Source: a virus
Direction: 5' to 3' (one strand)
IMG/VR virus record: IMGVR_UViG_3300036770_001972
Span: 1-64,000 of that record
Length of the DNA: 64,000 nt
Shown: positions 1 to 8,290 of the stretch, one piece after another
How the letters are laid out: the number at the start of each line of letters is the position of its first letter
How positions within the stretch are numbered: position 1 is the stretch's first letter
Notes under the pieces: model-generated
The model's database searches: none
What the model was told of the DNA's origin: nothing
The model's input: the letters and a program-made list of their open reading frames with translations, nothing else
Position numbers and translations under genes: made by a program

Positions 1-656
1 TCATGGAGGAGTTCAAGCGAGTCAAGCGGGTTCAGGTGATGAACCTCATCGTCCTGACTGACGGCGAGGCAAGCGATGACCTTGCCTACTACCCCGTCTC
101 GTCGGATGACTACCGAAAGAAGATGGGCACTGACTCCTACGGCTACGCCAAGCGCGGCAATGTGGTGTGGCGCGACAAGGCGAAGCGCAAGACCTACGAC
201 ACCTCGCGCAAGAGTGGCGGCGGCTACTACTACGGTCTCAACCGTGAGCAGCAGTCGGGTCTCCTCCTGAGCATCATTCAGGATCGGGTCGGCGGCAAGA
301 CCGTCTGCATCCACCTGATGGCTCCGAAGCACGGCAAGGAGTTCGTCCGAAGCCTCCACGCTGAGTACAACAATAAGACTGTTTACAAGTCGGATGCCGA
401 CCGCGCGGTTGCCGCTGAGAAGTCGGTCACCGCTTGGAAGGACAACGATTGGGTTGCGGTCGCCAACGGTCGCGGGTTCAGCGAGTACATCGTGATCCGC
501 GCCGAGACCAAGTGCGAGAACCCGACCCTTGATGATGTTGACCTCAAGTCGGATTCGGCTCTCCGTGACCTCCGCAAGGCGTTCACCAAGAGCATGGCTG
601 CGACCAAGGCGAACCGTCCGCTCCTCACGCGGGTTGCCGATCTCGTCAGCAAGTAA
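1..656 (+). CDS. VWA-domain (CobT-like) protein, C-terminal part; 5' truncated
   Basis: NLIVLTDGEA resembles the VWA MIDAS Asp strand; frame is open to the window edge; this protein type is common in T4-like phages. Confidence 0.65.
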   Translation, partial: MEEFKRVKRVQVMNLIVLTDGEASDDLAYYPVSSDDYRKKMGTDSYGYAKRGNVVWRDKAKRKTYDTSRKSGGGYYYGLNREQQSGLLLSIIQDRVGGKTVCIHLMAPKHGKEFVRSLHAEYNNKTVYKSDADRAVAAEKSVTAWKDNDWVAVANGRGFSEYIVIRAETKCENPTLDDVDLKSDSALRDLRKAFTKSMAATKANRPLLTRVADLVSK

Positions 657-667
657 GACTTCCCCAT

Positions 668-692
668 GCCTCCCTCCCCGTAGGAGGGGGGC
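668..692 (+). terminator. GC-rich hairpin after the VWA gene
   Basis: gcctccctcc-ccgta-ggaggggggc; no good U-tract. Confidence 0.4.
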
Positions 693-710
693 GATTCCAT
701 AAGAAAGGAT

Positions 711-950
711 ATGACTCTCATGCGCTACCCCTACGATCCCGAGAACGACGATACCGACCTCCTCGCCCTTGACCCTGCCGACCCCGACAACTATGACGAT
801 GAGGACGAGTGGGGCGATGAGGACGAGGACTACACCGCCGACGAGGACGAGGACATCGAAGACTCCGACGAGTGGGACGAGGACGAAGACATCCTTGAGG
901 ACGATGAGGATGACGAGGATGACGAAGACGAGGACGATGACCACTACTGA
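711..950 (+). CDS. extremely acidic small protein
   Basis: 79 aa dominated by D/E; SD-like aaagga upstream. Confidence 0.7.
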   Translation: MTLMRYPYDPENDDTDLLALDPADPDNYDDEDEWGDEDEDYTADEDEDIEDSDEWDEDEDILEDDEDDEDDEDEDDDHY

Positions 951-953
951 ACC

Positions 954-1292
954 ATGACTACAACGACCTACCACGACTTCAAAGATCTTGGAATTCCCGA
1001 TGGTGTGATCATCGGGAATCCAATCTATATCGCTCAGGACGAACACACTCGCCAGTACCACACAGTCAACGCGAAGACCTTCATGGCTCTCTGCGATGGC
1101 TCATGGGAGCGCGATGAAGTCATGAGCATTTCATACACGGGCAACATTGCTCTGATCGATCCCGCGACTCAGATCGTCTGTCACATCTATGACAACGGTA
1201 AGACTCCGAGCGATGAGTTGCATGTGTTCGACCGCCTGATCGCTGATGAGATCGTGAAGTTGATCAGCGGAAAGCGAGGAGGAAAGCCATGA
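954..1292 (+). CDS. hypothetical protein
   Basis: ORF packed directly after the previous gene. Confidence 0.7.
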   Translation: MTTTTYHDFKDLGIPDGVIIGNPIYIAQDEHTRQYHTVNAKTFMALCDGSWERDEVMSISYTGNIALIDPATQIVCHIYDNGKTPSDELHVFDRLIADEIVKLISGKRGGKP

Positions 1293-1334
1293 GTTAGTGA
1301 GTGAATTGGAGTTGACAATCTTTCGAGTTTTAAC

Positions 1335-1363
1335 TTGACCGCCAGCGGCGTTCGGTGTACGCT
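1335..1363 (+). promoter_or_regulatory. sigma70-type early promoter
   Basis: TTGACC-17-TACGCT in intergenic DNA. Confidence 0.55.
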
Positions 1364-1496
1364 CGCTAACACTCACACGCTTCCCCACCTTTCCCCACCC
1401 TGCCCCACAGGGGGAAACGGCACTTTTACCCCCTACGAATTCCAATTTCCCCTTTCCCTATCCGTGAACCCCCGTCTGTACCCCCACCCGAATACC

Positions 1497-1802
1497 ATGA
1501 ACGCCACCACCCAAACCTCCCCAGTACATTCCGTTCGCATGGTGGATCCATCGGTTGGATACATCGACTTCACATGGACGGATACCGTATCCTCCATGGA
1601 TCCGATGTTGGATGGGGTATTCATTTCTTTTCGTCCGATGCTCATGGAGAAGCCCTACTACTCCATCTCCATCTCCATCGGAAAAGACAAGTACAACTTT
1701 CATCTCATCTCCAATGAGGGGCGTACATTCAGGCGTGACGATGCCCGAGTTCTATGGGCTGCTATCACCATGGATGGTTGGCAAGTGAAGGAGCAGTTCT
1801 GA
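1497..1802 (+). CDS. ARxxW-family (DUF1651-like) protein 1
   Basis: C-terminal DARVLWAAITMDGW; start moved to ATG 1497. Confidence 0.7.
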   Translation: MNATTQTSPVHSVRMVDPSVGYIDFTWTDTVSSMDPMLDGVFISFRPMLMEKPYYSISISIGKDKYNFHLISNEGRTFRRDDARVLWAAITMDGWQVKEQF

Positions 1803-2098
1803 TGACCACCCCGAATATCATTCCAAAGACCGCGACTCTTCATAACTCCGTTGATCCTTCTCAACACATTCTTTTCATGTGGATTGGGGAATGGGGATTC
1901 GTGAAGACCATCTATCAGATGGGCCATCAGGGATGGGATTCCAATATCATCGTAAAGGTCTCAAACGGATTGTCCATGGATCTGTTCCACAGTCAGGCAT
2001 ACAACCTCAATGTGGAGGATGCACGGGCTGCATGGGCATACCTTGTCGATGAGTTGGGGTGGAAGACATGGGAGGAGAGTGAAAATGGAAACCGATGA
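1802..2098 (+). CDS. ARxxW-family protein 2
   Basis: DARAAWAYLVDELGW; TGATG coupling to the previous gene. Confidence 0.75.
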   Translation: MTTPNIIPKTATLHNSVDPSQHILFMWIGEWGFVKTIYQMGHQGWDSNIIVKVSNGLSMDLFHSQAYNLNVEDARAAWAYLVDELGWKTWEESENGNR

Positions 2099-2390
2099 GA
2101 TGGACATCCACAAGTGGGTGAGCGAGAATCGGATTCCAAACGATATCGATGTCCATGTGCTTCGAAACTTGGAGCATGGGGATGTCGGCTTCTTTCATTC
2201 CAAGATACGAAAGGGCGTTTGCATTCGTTTCTATCCGAGGAGCGGGTCAAGGCAGATCAAGATTCATGTCATGCCGTTGGGATGTGGGGGCAAGAGTTTT
2301 ATGTTGGGCGAAGGCGAGAACGAGTACTTCACCAAGGAGGATGCCCGAACGATATGGAATGAATTGGTTTGTTTGGGGTTCGTTCGATGA
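2085..2390 (+). CDS. ARxxW-family protein 3
   Basis: DARTIWNELVCLGF; ggagag SD upstream. Confidence 0.75.
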   Translation: METDEMDIHKWVSENRIPNDIDVHVLRNLEHGDVGFFHSKIRKGVCIRFYPRSGSRQIKIHVMPLGCGGKSFMLGEGENEYFTKEDARTIWNELVCLGFVR

Positions 2391-2827
2391 ACGGCGAGAC
2401 GGGAAGCAGTCCCTTGCCGTTCGATGTTTCTCATGACGAGGGTATGACTTCCCCCGCCGAGGTTGTCTGTCGGGTCTGCAACAAGTGCAAAAAGAGCAAA
2501 CCCTTGGACTGCTACTACAACGACAACGGGCGCAGGGACAAGTACAAGAAGCATCCCGTCTGCAAGGAGTGCGTGAAGGTGGGTGCCAATGTGGTGGCAC
2601 GGCTGAAGAAGACCGCCCCTGCCAAGCCGAGTGTCTGTGAGTGCTGCGGGAGGAATCCCGATGCCGACCCCGTCTGCCGAGGATGGTGCCTAGACCATGA
2701 CTATGCCACGCAGACCTTCCGAGGGTGGATCTGCCAAACTTGCAATATCGGACTTGGGCACTTTGGAGATTCGGTGGAGGGGCTGATGCGGGGAATCGAT
2801 TATTTACGCCGCACGGAAAAACCTTGA
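2387..2827 (+). CDS. endonuclease VII-like (HNH-type) nuclease with N-terminal Zn ribbon
   Basis: CxxC pairs and LDHDYATQTFRGWICQTCNIGLGHFGD, the EndoVII domain signature. Confidence 0.85.
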   Translation: MNGETGSSPLPFDVSHDEGMTSPAEVVCRVCNKCKKSKPLDCYYNDNGRRDKYKKHPVCKECVKVGANVVARLKKTAPAKPSVCECCGRNPDADPVCRGWCLDHDYATQTFRGWICQTCNIGLGHFGDSVEGLMRGIDYLRRTEKP

Positions 2828-2852
2828 CACCGTCCCATTTTTGGAGTATACT
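2824..2852 (+). promoter_or_regulatory. sigma70-type promoter, leaderless
   Basis: TTGACA-17-TATACT, ATG 6 nt after the -10. Confidence 0.8.
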
Positions 2853-2858
2853 CATAGT

Positions 2859-3113
2859 ATGGCAATCGTGAAGAAGATCTCCAATGATGTCCGCTCCCGT
2901 GCTTCCCTGCGGCACCCCGCCATCGGCACGGTGGAGTTCGGATGGGAAGATGAATGGGTTGTCGTGTGCTTCTATCCAATCAATCAGTCCATGCCCCTGT
3001 GGTCAGCGAACAAGTACACGCTGTTCGCCAATCGTCCCATGACCGTGGTGAAGGATGGCGCACGGCTGATATGGGATGATCTCGTCCTCAACCGTTGGGA
3101 GGATGTGCCATGA
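2859..3113 (+). CDS. ARxxW-family protein 4
   Basis: GTVEFGW and GARLIWDDLVLNRW. Confidence 0.75.
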   Translation: MAIVKKISNDVRSRASLRHPAIGTVEFGWEDEWVVVCFYPINQSMPLWSANKYTLFANRPMTVVKDGARLIWDDLVLNRWEDVP

Positions 3114-3397
3114 AGTGGGTGAACATCGGGGGTCGCGGATTCGATCCCATGGGTGAACCGACAGGTGAGCCATGGCTTGTCTTTTGGTATCTGCCCAAGC
3201 CCGAGCAGAGGGAGTATGTGTTGTTCTCTGCAAGCGGCAACATGAACCCCGTGGTACAGGGAACGGATGGCAATCCAATTTCCATCCCCATTCAGGCGCA
3301 TGAGAAGCGACACCTTCACATCGACCTTGCCCGAGCCTTGTGGGACTATGTGGTGGCGAACGGATGGACAGTCAAGGGAACAGGAGAAGAAAAATGA
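3110..3397 (+). CDS. ARxxW-family protein 5
   Basis: LARALWDYVVANGW; ATGA overlap. Confidence 0.75.
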   Translation: MKWVNIGGRGFDPMGEPTGEPWLVFWYLPKPEQREYVLFSASGNMNPVVQGTDGNPISIPIQAHEKRHLHIDLARALWDYVVANGWTVKGTGEEK

Positions 3398-3849
3398 GCA
3401 TCTACTACCCAACCTCAACCGTCTACGGCATCGGTCAGCAGTACGCATTCTCGCAGGATCAGGGATCGACCTACCTTGGCTACTCCTACGGCGATGCGCT
3501 CACCTTCACCCCGAGACTGTCCGTCACGAATCCGATCAGCGAATCGATCATCCCTCCGACTGCTGCGAACTATCCGATTTCACCGAATCCATTGTTCATG
3601 GGTTCTTTTGATGGATTTTGGATTCATAAGTTGTACTTGGGCGACACCTTGGTCGCTACGGTGCAGACCGTGAACCAAGACATGTTCATCCCCATTCAGC
3701 ATGATCGGGTCGAAAGCGTATCCATGGGATTCGTGACAGAGAGCATTCCCTACGATGGGCCTGTCCGTCCTCCCGTCCCCGCCCCGAGCGTACTCTTGGC
3801 AGTTGGTCTTGGGTTTGCGATCCTTTCCCGAAAGGGAACCCGCCGATAA
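3394..3849 (+). CDS. protein with PEP-CTERM-like (VPAP) C-terminal sorting signal
   Basis: VPAPSVLLAVGLGFAILSRKGTRR: motif, TM helix, basic tail; no clear signal peptide. Confidence 0.7.
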   Translation: MSIYYPTSTVYGIGQQYAFSQDQGSTYLGYSYGDALTFTPRLSVTNPISESIIPPTAANYPISPNPLFMGSFDGFWIHKLYLGDTLVATVQTVNQDMFIPIQHDRVESVSMGFVTESIPYDGPVRPPVPAPSVLLAVGLGFAILSRKGTRR

Positions 3850-3873
3850 CCCAAACACTTTTTTCGATTCCCC

Positions 3874-3902
3874 TTGACGAAACCCTCTTCGTAGGGTACT
3901 AT
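3874..3902 (+). promoter_or_regulatory. sigma70-type promoter, leaderless
   Basis: TTGACG-17-TACTAT, ATG 7 nt later. Confidence 0.75.
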
Positions 3903-3909
3903 TATTCAT

Positions 3910-4245
3910 ATGACGATCACCGCCACCGAGATCCGTCCCTACAAGACATCGTGGACAGACGAGCATGGCAAGGCGTTCTATGCCGACTCTGCGCGGCTTG
4001 GCAAGCGAGGTACGGGATGGGTGGAGTTCTCATGGTTTCCCGAGTTGAACGAGGTTCACTTTCGTTTCATCTCCGAGCCTGACTACCCCAACTACGACTA
4101 CCTTCTGCACATGATTCCCGAGGATGGAACCGTCACCGTGTATCGGAGCGTCCTGATCTCAAAGAAGCGATCCGTCGATACCATTCCGAAGGCGCGAGGA
4201 ATTTGGAATTCCTTGATTTGCGATGGATGGTCAACTCAGTACTAG
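3910..4245 (+). CDS. ARxxW-family protein 6
   Basis: GWVEFSW and KARGIWNSLICDGW. Confidence 0.8.
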   Translation: MTITATEIRPYKTSWTDEHGKAFYADSARLGKRGTGWVEFSWFPELNEVHFRFISEPDYPNYDYLLHMIPEDGTVTVYRSVLISKKRSVDTIPKARGIWNSLICDGWSTQY

Positions 4246-4255
4246 GAGACACACC

Positions 4256-4693
4256 ATGGAACAGAATCTCGACATCACCGAACGACTGACCCTCAAGCGT
4301 CCGTACTACACTCTCACTAGCGATGATCTTTCTGATGCTGCGGCAGAGATCATCGAACTCCGTCGAACCGTCCTGCGGCTTGAGGCTCAGTACGGCGTTC
4401 AGGCAAACAAAGCCGAGGAATTGGAGAAGAAGGTCGCCGTGCTTGACGAGGCGGTCGATTCCCTGATCGTGGAGCGCGACGAGGCATACAAGAGGATCGA
4501 CGCAATCAAGGAAGGCTACGAGGGCTGCTGCACCGCCTGTGAGCCTGTCGCCCTGCTGAATCGGCAGTTGCGGGAGGAGCGGGACTTGGCACGGCGTGAG
4601 GTCTGTCGATGGGAGGCGAAACACCTGTCGAAGACCGTAACCGAGTGCGCCCGTCTGAACGAATGGGATTGTTTCAAGGCGGAAACCAAGTGA
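4256..4693 (+). CDS. coiled-coil WDCF-family protein 1
   Basis: ERDLARREVC...EWDCFK; internal CCTAC; aggag SD. Confidence 0.8.
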   Translation: MEQNLDITERLTLKRPYYTLTSDDLSDAAAEIIELRRTVLRLEAQYGVQANKAEELEKKVAVLDEAVDSLIVERDEAYKRIDAIKEGYEGCCTACEPVALLNRQLREERDLARREVCRWEAKHLSKTVTECARLNEWDCFKAETK

Positions 4694-5181
4694 CCGAACG
4701 CAACAGCGAGAGTCAGCGGGAATTGGATTCATACCGAGCCTATGAAATGGCAAGGGACAACTCCATTCCCCTTGGCACCATCTTCAAGACCACGGGCGGC
4801 TACCGACAGGGTGTCGTGGACGCAAGGAACGCATACTCCAAGAAAGAGGATAAGAAAGTGATCAAGACGAAGTCCAAGAAGAAGACTGCCAAGAAGACCA
4901 AGACCACCCGCACCACCAAGATGGAGCGTCTGCGTATCGCAGCAGAGAAGAATCGTCCCATGGGTATTAGAGTTGTCTCAGAAGGACGATGCGAGGTGGA
5001 GATCACCACGCTTTACAACTCCACGATGCACAAGCGCATGGGTGGTGTTCGTGCGGACTATTTTGACACTTCCGAACCCGCTTCACCGACCGTCTACATG
5101 GATAACCCGCACCAGTTGCGAATCCTTGCCGAGGCTCTGAACAGGGCAGCGGATTGGATGGAGGAGGAGATCAAGTGCTAG
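4690..5181 (+). CDS. hypothetical protein with Lys/Thr-rich linker
   Basis: GTGA overlap; KTKSKKKTAKKTK tract. Confidence 0.7.
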   Translation: MTERNSESQRELDSYRAYEMARDNSIPLGTIFKTTGGYRQGVVDARNAYSKKEDKKVIKTKSKKKTAKKTKTTRTTKMERLRIAAEKNRPMGIRVVSEGRCEVEITTLYNSTMHKRMGGVRADYFDTSEPASPTVYMDNPHQLRILAEALNRAADWMEEEIKC

Positions 5182-5468
5182 ACCGCTACAAAACACCACG
5201 AACCGACATAGCCGCCATGCGAGGATTAATAGACAATGATTTTGATGGAGGATTGATGCCCGCAGAAGTTGTTTCCGCAAAATTTGCCCGTAAATTGGAG
5301 ATGGAGATCACCCAACTCCGCAAGGAGCGTGACGAGGCGAGGCGGATTGCTTGTGATAATGAGGCAAGGCACAACTCCATGATGTTTGACAGTCCGAAGC
5401 ATAGCGATCCCCGCGCAATCGCGGAGTCCCATGGCTGGGATTGCTTCAAACAGGAGGACGGCAAGTGA
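5175..5468 (+). CDS. coiled-coil WDCF-family protein 2
   Basis: TPRTD N-terminus; ERDEARRIAC...GWDCFK. Confidence 0.75.
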   Translation: MLDRYKTPRTDIAAMRGLIDNDFDGGLMPAEVVSAKFARKLEMEITQLRKERDEARRIACDNEARHNSMMFDSPKHSDPRAIAESHGWDCFKQEDGK

Positions 5469-5794
5469 ACACGGGCATGGAGTACGAGGACATCCTCATG
5501 CGTAACCAAGAGTTGATGGCAATCATCAACCGCTTGACCATTGAACGCGACGAACTTGTAACCAAAACTTACAAGTTGGAGAAAGAGCGCGATGATGCCC
5601 GAGAGCAGGAGGAGCGTTTCTCCGATGATGCCCTGCGCCTGATGCATGAACGCAACAATGCCCTACGAGAGCGCGATGAGGCGAGACAGAAGTTTTGCAA
5701 AATGATGTCAGATAACTCCCGCTTGGAATTCACAACTCCTCAATGGTTTGCTGAAGAAGAAGGTTGGGATTGCTATAAGAAGGAGGTTGAGTGA
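5465..5794 (+). CDS. coiled-coil WDCF-family protein 3
   Basis: repeated ERDE/ERDD; ERDEARQKFC...GWDCYK. Confidence 0.75.
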   Translation: MNTGMEYEDILMRNQELMAIINRLTIERDELVTKTYKLEKERDDAREQEERFSDDALRLMHERNNALRERDEARQKFCKMMSDNSRLEFTTPQWFAEEEGWDCYKKEVE

Positions 5795-6162
5795 TGGAAG
5801 TCACCATTGAAGACCAGTACGAACGGTGCTGCCGCGACCGCGATTCACTTGAGTCTATGATCGACTCGCTTCAGGAGGAGATTCGCAGACTGCGTTTTGA
5901 CCTGAACGGTGCAATGCGAGAACTGGAGCAAATCCGTCCAGTTGCCGACGAGCAATGGAACAGTTACAAGACCGCAGCGCGGCTACTCACGGAACGGGAT
6001 GAAGCCCGCAGGGAGATCTGCAATCGAACTTCCTACCCCGACAGGACTCCCGAGACCGAAGCCAAGATGCGGGGATGGGATTGCTTTCGTATAAACGGAA
6101 TTGTTGTTTCCAAAGAGAAGGCAGTCCCACCGAAGTTTGAACTTGGAGAGGATGACAAGTGA
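5794..6162 (+). CDS. coiled-coil WDCF-family protein 4
   Basis: ERDEARREIC...GWDCFR. Confidence 0.75.
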   Translation: MEVTIEDQYERCCRDRDSLESMIDSLQEEIRRLRFDLNGAMRELEQIRPVADEQWNSYKTAARLLTERDEARREICNRTSYPDRTPETEAKMRGWDCFRINGIVVSKEKAVPPKFELGEDDK

Positions 6163-6431
6163 ACAAGGAATTGATTGACCAAATCATCAAGGAGAACATG
6201 CCACCCGTTGTGCATGCCCCGTACAATTGGCAATCGATTGAGACGGCACCCAAGGACGGTCATCCCATCGACCTGTGGGTGACCTACTGCTGCTTCGGGC
6301 GAGAGCAGTCATACAGGGCTGCGAATGCTCATTGGTCGAAGCGGGAGAATGCATGGATGTATAGGTCGGGATACCCCATCGAAGAACAGGGTGCGAAGGT
6401 AACACATTGGATTCGGATAGGAAAGCCATGA
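6159..6431 (+). CDS. DUF551-like phage protein
   Basis: WQSIETAPKDG...VTHW pattern. Confidence 0.7.
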   Translation: MNKELIDQIIKENMPPVVHAPYNWQSIETAPKDGHPIDLWVTYCCFGREQSYRAANAHWSKRENAWMYRSGYPIEEQGAKVTHWIRIGKP

Positions 6432-6871
6432 ACCGAAAAGAAGTCGAAGAGGTCTCGTACAAGATTCGTGAGTTGACCAAACGCAGCGATCTGTTTACCC
6501 CCGAAGTCATTGAGACTCTTTCCGAGGCATACCATGTCATCGGTGAGTTGGAGCGGCGACTCATCAAAATGGAAACCGCACCGTTCATGTACTTCGTGAA
6601 GTATGACATGGTCAATCGATCCACGGACACATGGATGCGTGTCACGGACGAATTCATGGAAGACCAATATCGAATCCGTGAGCCGATCCTTGCCAATTTG
6701 GTAGCCGACGAGATTCGCAGAGTCCACGAAAAGATGGTTGTTTATGGGACTACCAAGGTTCCCCCGACTGATCGGGAGGTAGCCGTTCGCAAGTGGGCAT
6801 TGGAAAAACTCGCTGAGTTGGACGAGGCGAACGAAAACAACAGTCATTTCCGCAAGACGGACGGCGAGTAG
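6428..6871 (+). CDS. hypothetical protein
   Basis: ATGA overlap with the upstream gene. Confidence 0.7.
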   Translation: MNRKEVEEVSYKIRELTKRSDLFTPEVIETLSEAYHVIGELERRLIKMETAPFMYFVKYDMVNRSTDTWMRVTDEFMEDQYRIREPILANLVADEIRRVHEKMVVYGTTKVPPTDREVAVRKWALEKLAELDEANENNSHFRKTDGE

Positions 6872-6877
6872 CCGCCC

Positions 6878-6906
6878 TTGACAGATTCCCCATTCTTTGG
6901 TAGAGT
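6878..6906 (+). promoter_or_regulatory. sigma70-type promoter, leaderless
   Basis: TTGACA-17-TAGAGT, ATG 6 nt later. Confidence 0.7.
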
Positions 6907-6912
6907 ACTGAT

Positions 6913-7131
6913 ATGGATCACATTGTCTCCACAATCTCGTTGTCCAATCACCTGATCGCCCTCAACAACCTGTACACGGGAAGCGATTGGAAGACCGACC
7001 GTCACGCCCGTTCCTACCTCCGAACCATTCACAAGACTCTCGTCGGCATCGACCCGAACTCTTGGTATGTCAGCGATGAGGAGGAGGCTCTGATTGCCTT
7101 GGTTGGGGAAGACCTCAAGGAGTTTGTGTGA
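6913..7131 (+). CDS. hypothetical protein
   Basis: ORF directly after a promoter. Confidence 0.7.
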   Translation: MDHIVSTISLSNHLIALNNLYTGSDWKTDRHARSYLRTIHKTLVGIDPNSWYVSDEEEALIALVGEDLKEFV

Positions 7132-7460
7132 ACGCTGTCGCTTCGGCAACACCCCGCAGCGATTTGCTGTACTTCCCGATCCCGCCACACTTCACGGGGA
7201 TGAAGCAGATCTATGCCCTGATGGATTCCGCAGACAAGCAGTCTACGGTTGTCTTTGGCGTTGATCCAACGGATTCCAGTTGGATCTACATGACTCTTCA
7301 GTCATCGACCGATAGGCACCTTGCCTACAAGTGCGATGGGTGGAACAGAATCCTCCGAGTGAAGGACGGAACGAGTCGATTCCCTGCCTTTCAAGCCCGT
7401 GCCCTGTGGGAGGAACTGACGGTGAAGCGGGGATGGCAAGTGATTCCAAACCAAGGCTAA
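7128..7460 (+). CDS. ARxxW-family protein 7
   Basis: QARALWEELTVKRGW; aaggag SD. Confidence 0.75.
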   Translation: MNAVASATPRSDLLYFPIPPHFTGMKQIYALMDSADKQSTVVFGVDPTDSSWIYMTLQSSTDRHLAYKCDGWNRILRVKDGTSRFPAFQARALWEELTVKRGWQVIPNQG

Positions 7461-7463
7461 ATA
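7457..7463 (+). promoter_or_regulatory. T4-type late promoter
   Basis: CTAAATA 5 nt before ATG 7469. Confidence 0.6.
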
Positions 7464-7468
7464 CTACC

Positions 7469-7858
7469 ATGGGTCTGACACAAGTCTACAGAGGGGCAGG
7501 AACGGGCAGACCGTTCTTCAAGAAGTACGGCAAGGTCTTCTACGACCAAACCAACTTGGGTATCGCCCTATGCAATGTTCAGAACTCCAAGGTTTGGGCG
7601 GGTTCTGCGACTAGCAAGGCACTTCTCACAATCGTAGGCACAAAGGCATTCATGGGGGCATCGACCTCCACTTGCCTCTATAACTATCAGAAGGGCATCA
7701 TTTACAAGGGCGCAGGAACCGACGAGCCGCTGTACAAGTGGGTGGGCACGACCTTGTACCAAGGCGCAAGCACCGCAAAGGTAGTAATGAATTGGACGGG
7801 CAACCCGTTCAGCCTTGCCGATCTGTTTGCCGCCATCACTCTTCTCAAAACCCGATAA
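7469..7858 (+). CDS. beta-repeat protein (~18-aa YxGAxT repeats)
   Basis: VYRGAGTG / VWAGSATS / AFMGASTS / IYKGAGTD / LYQGASTA. Confidence 0.7.
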   Translation: MGLTQVYRGAGTGRPFFKKYGKVFYDQTNLGIALCNVQNSKVWAGSATSKALLTIVGTKAFMGASTSTCLYNYQKGIIYKGAGTDEPLYKWVGTTLYQGASTAKVVMNWTGNPFSLADLFAAITLLKTR

Positions 7859-7865
7859 GATAGGA

Positions 7866-7893
7866 TTGCATCTTTCGCTCAGGAGGTTATACT
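7866..7893 (+). promoter_or_regulatory. sigma70-type promoter
   Basis: TTGCAT-16-TATACT, ATG 6 nt later. Confidence 0.55.
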
Positions 7894-7899
7894 TTCTGA

Positions 7900-8124
7900 A
7901 TGCGAAAGATGGTTTCCAAGAAGACGCGACCGACCAAGGACAAGTACATGGAGCGGGCTGCATCTGCTGCCGTTCTCCTATGGGACTATGACGGCTACTA
8001 CGACCCCGTCACCAAGAAGGGCAACATCGTCGGTCTCGCTGAACTGATCGATGATGCATTCATGATTCTCAACGGCGGGGAGCATTGGGATGGCAGATCA
8101 TCCAAGAAGCGAACGCGAAAGTGA
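7900..8124 (+). CDS. hypothetical protein
   Basis: ORF after a promoter. Confidence 0.65.
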   Translation: MRKMVSKKTRPTKDKYMERAASAAVLLWDYDGYYDPVTKKGNIVGLAELIDDAFMILNGGEHWDGRSSKKRTRK

Positions 8125-8290
8125 TACGCTGAAACTGATCGAATGGTACTTGGATCGATTCGTGGGATCCACCGCCGAGCAGATCGTCATGCAGCGATGC
8201 TATGGAGAAATCCTGTCGCTGCGAAAGCGTTGTGAAGAACTAGAAAGGCAACTCAATGAGCGAGACAACCGAACCAACACCAACACCTAA
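8090..8290 (+). CDS. hypothetical protein
   Basis: fills the gap between neighbours; short coiled coil. Confidence 0.5.
   Translation: MADHPRSERESDTLKLIEWYLDRFVGSTAEQIVMQRCYGEILSLRKRCEELERQLNERDNRTNTNT

Noticed and set aside
769-957. Thr/Arg/Met-rich ORF
   Set aside because: Alternate frame of the acidic GAC/GAG-rich gene, which has the SD.
2247-2915. 222-aa minus-strand ORF
   Set aside because: Overlaps the EndoVII-like gene and a promoter on the opposite strand.
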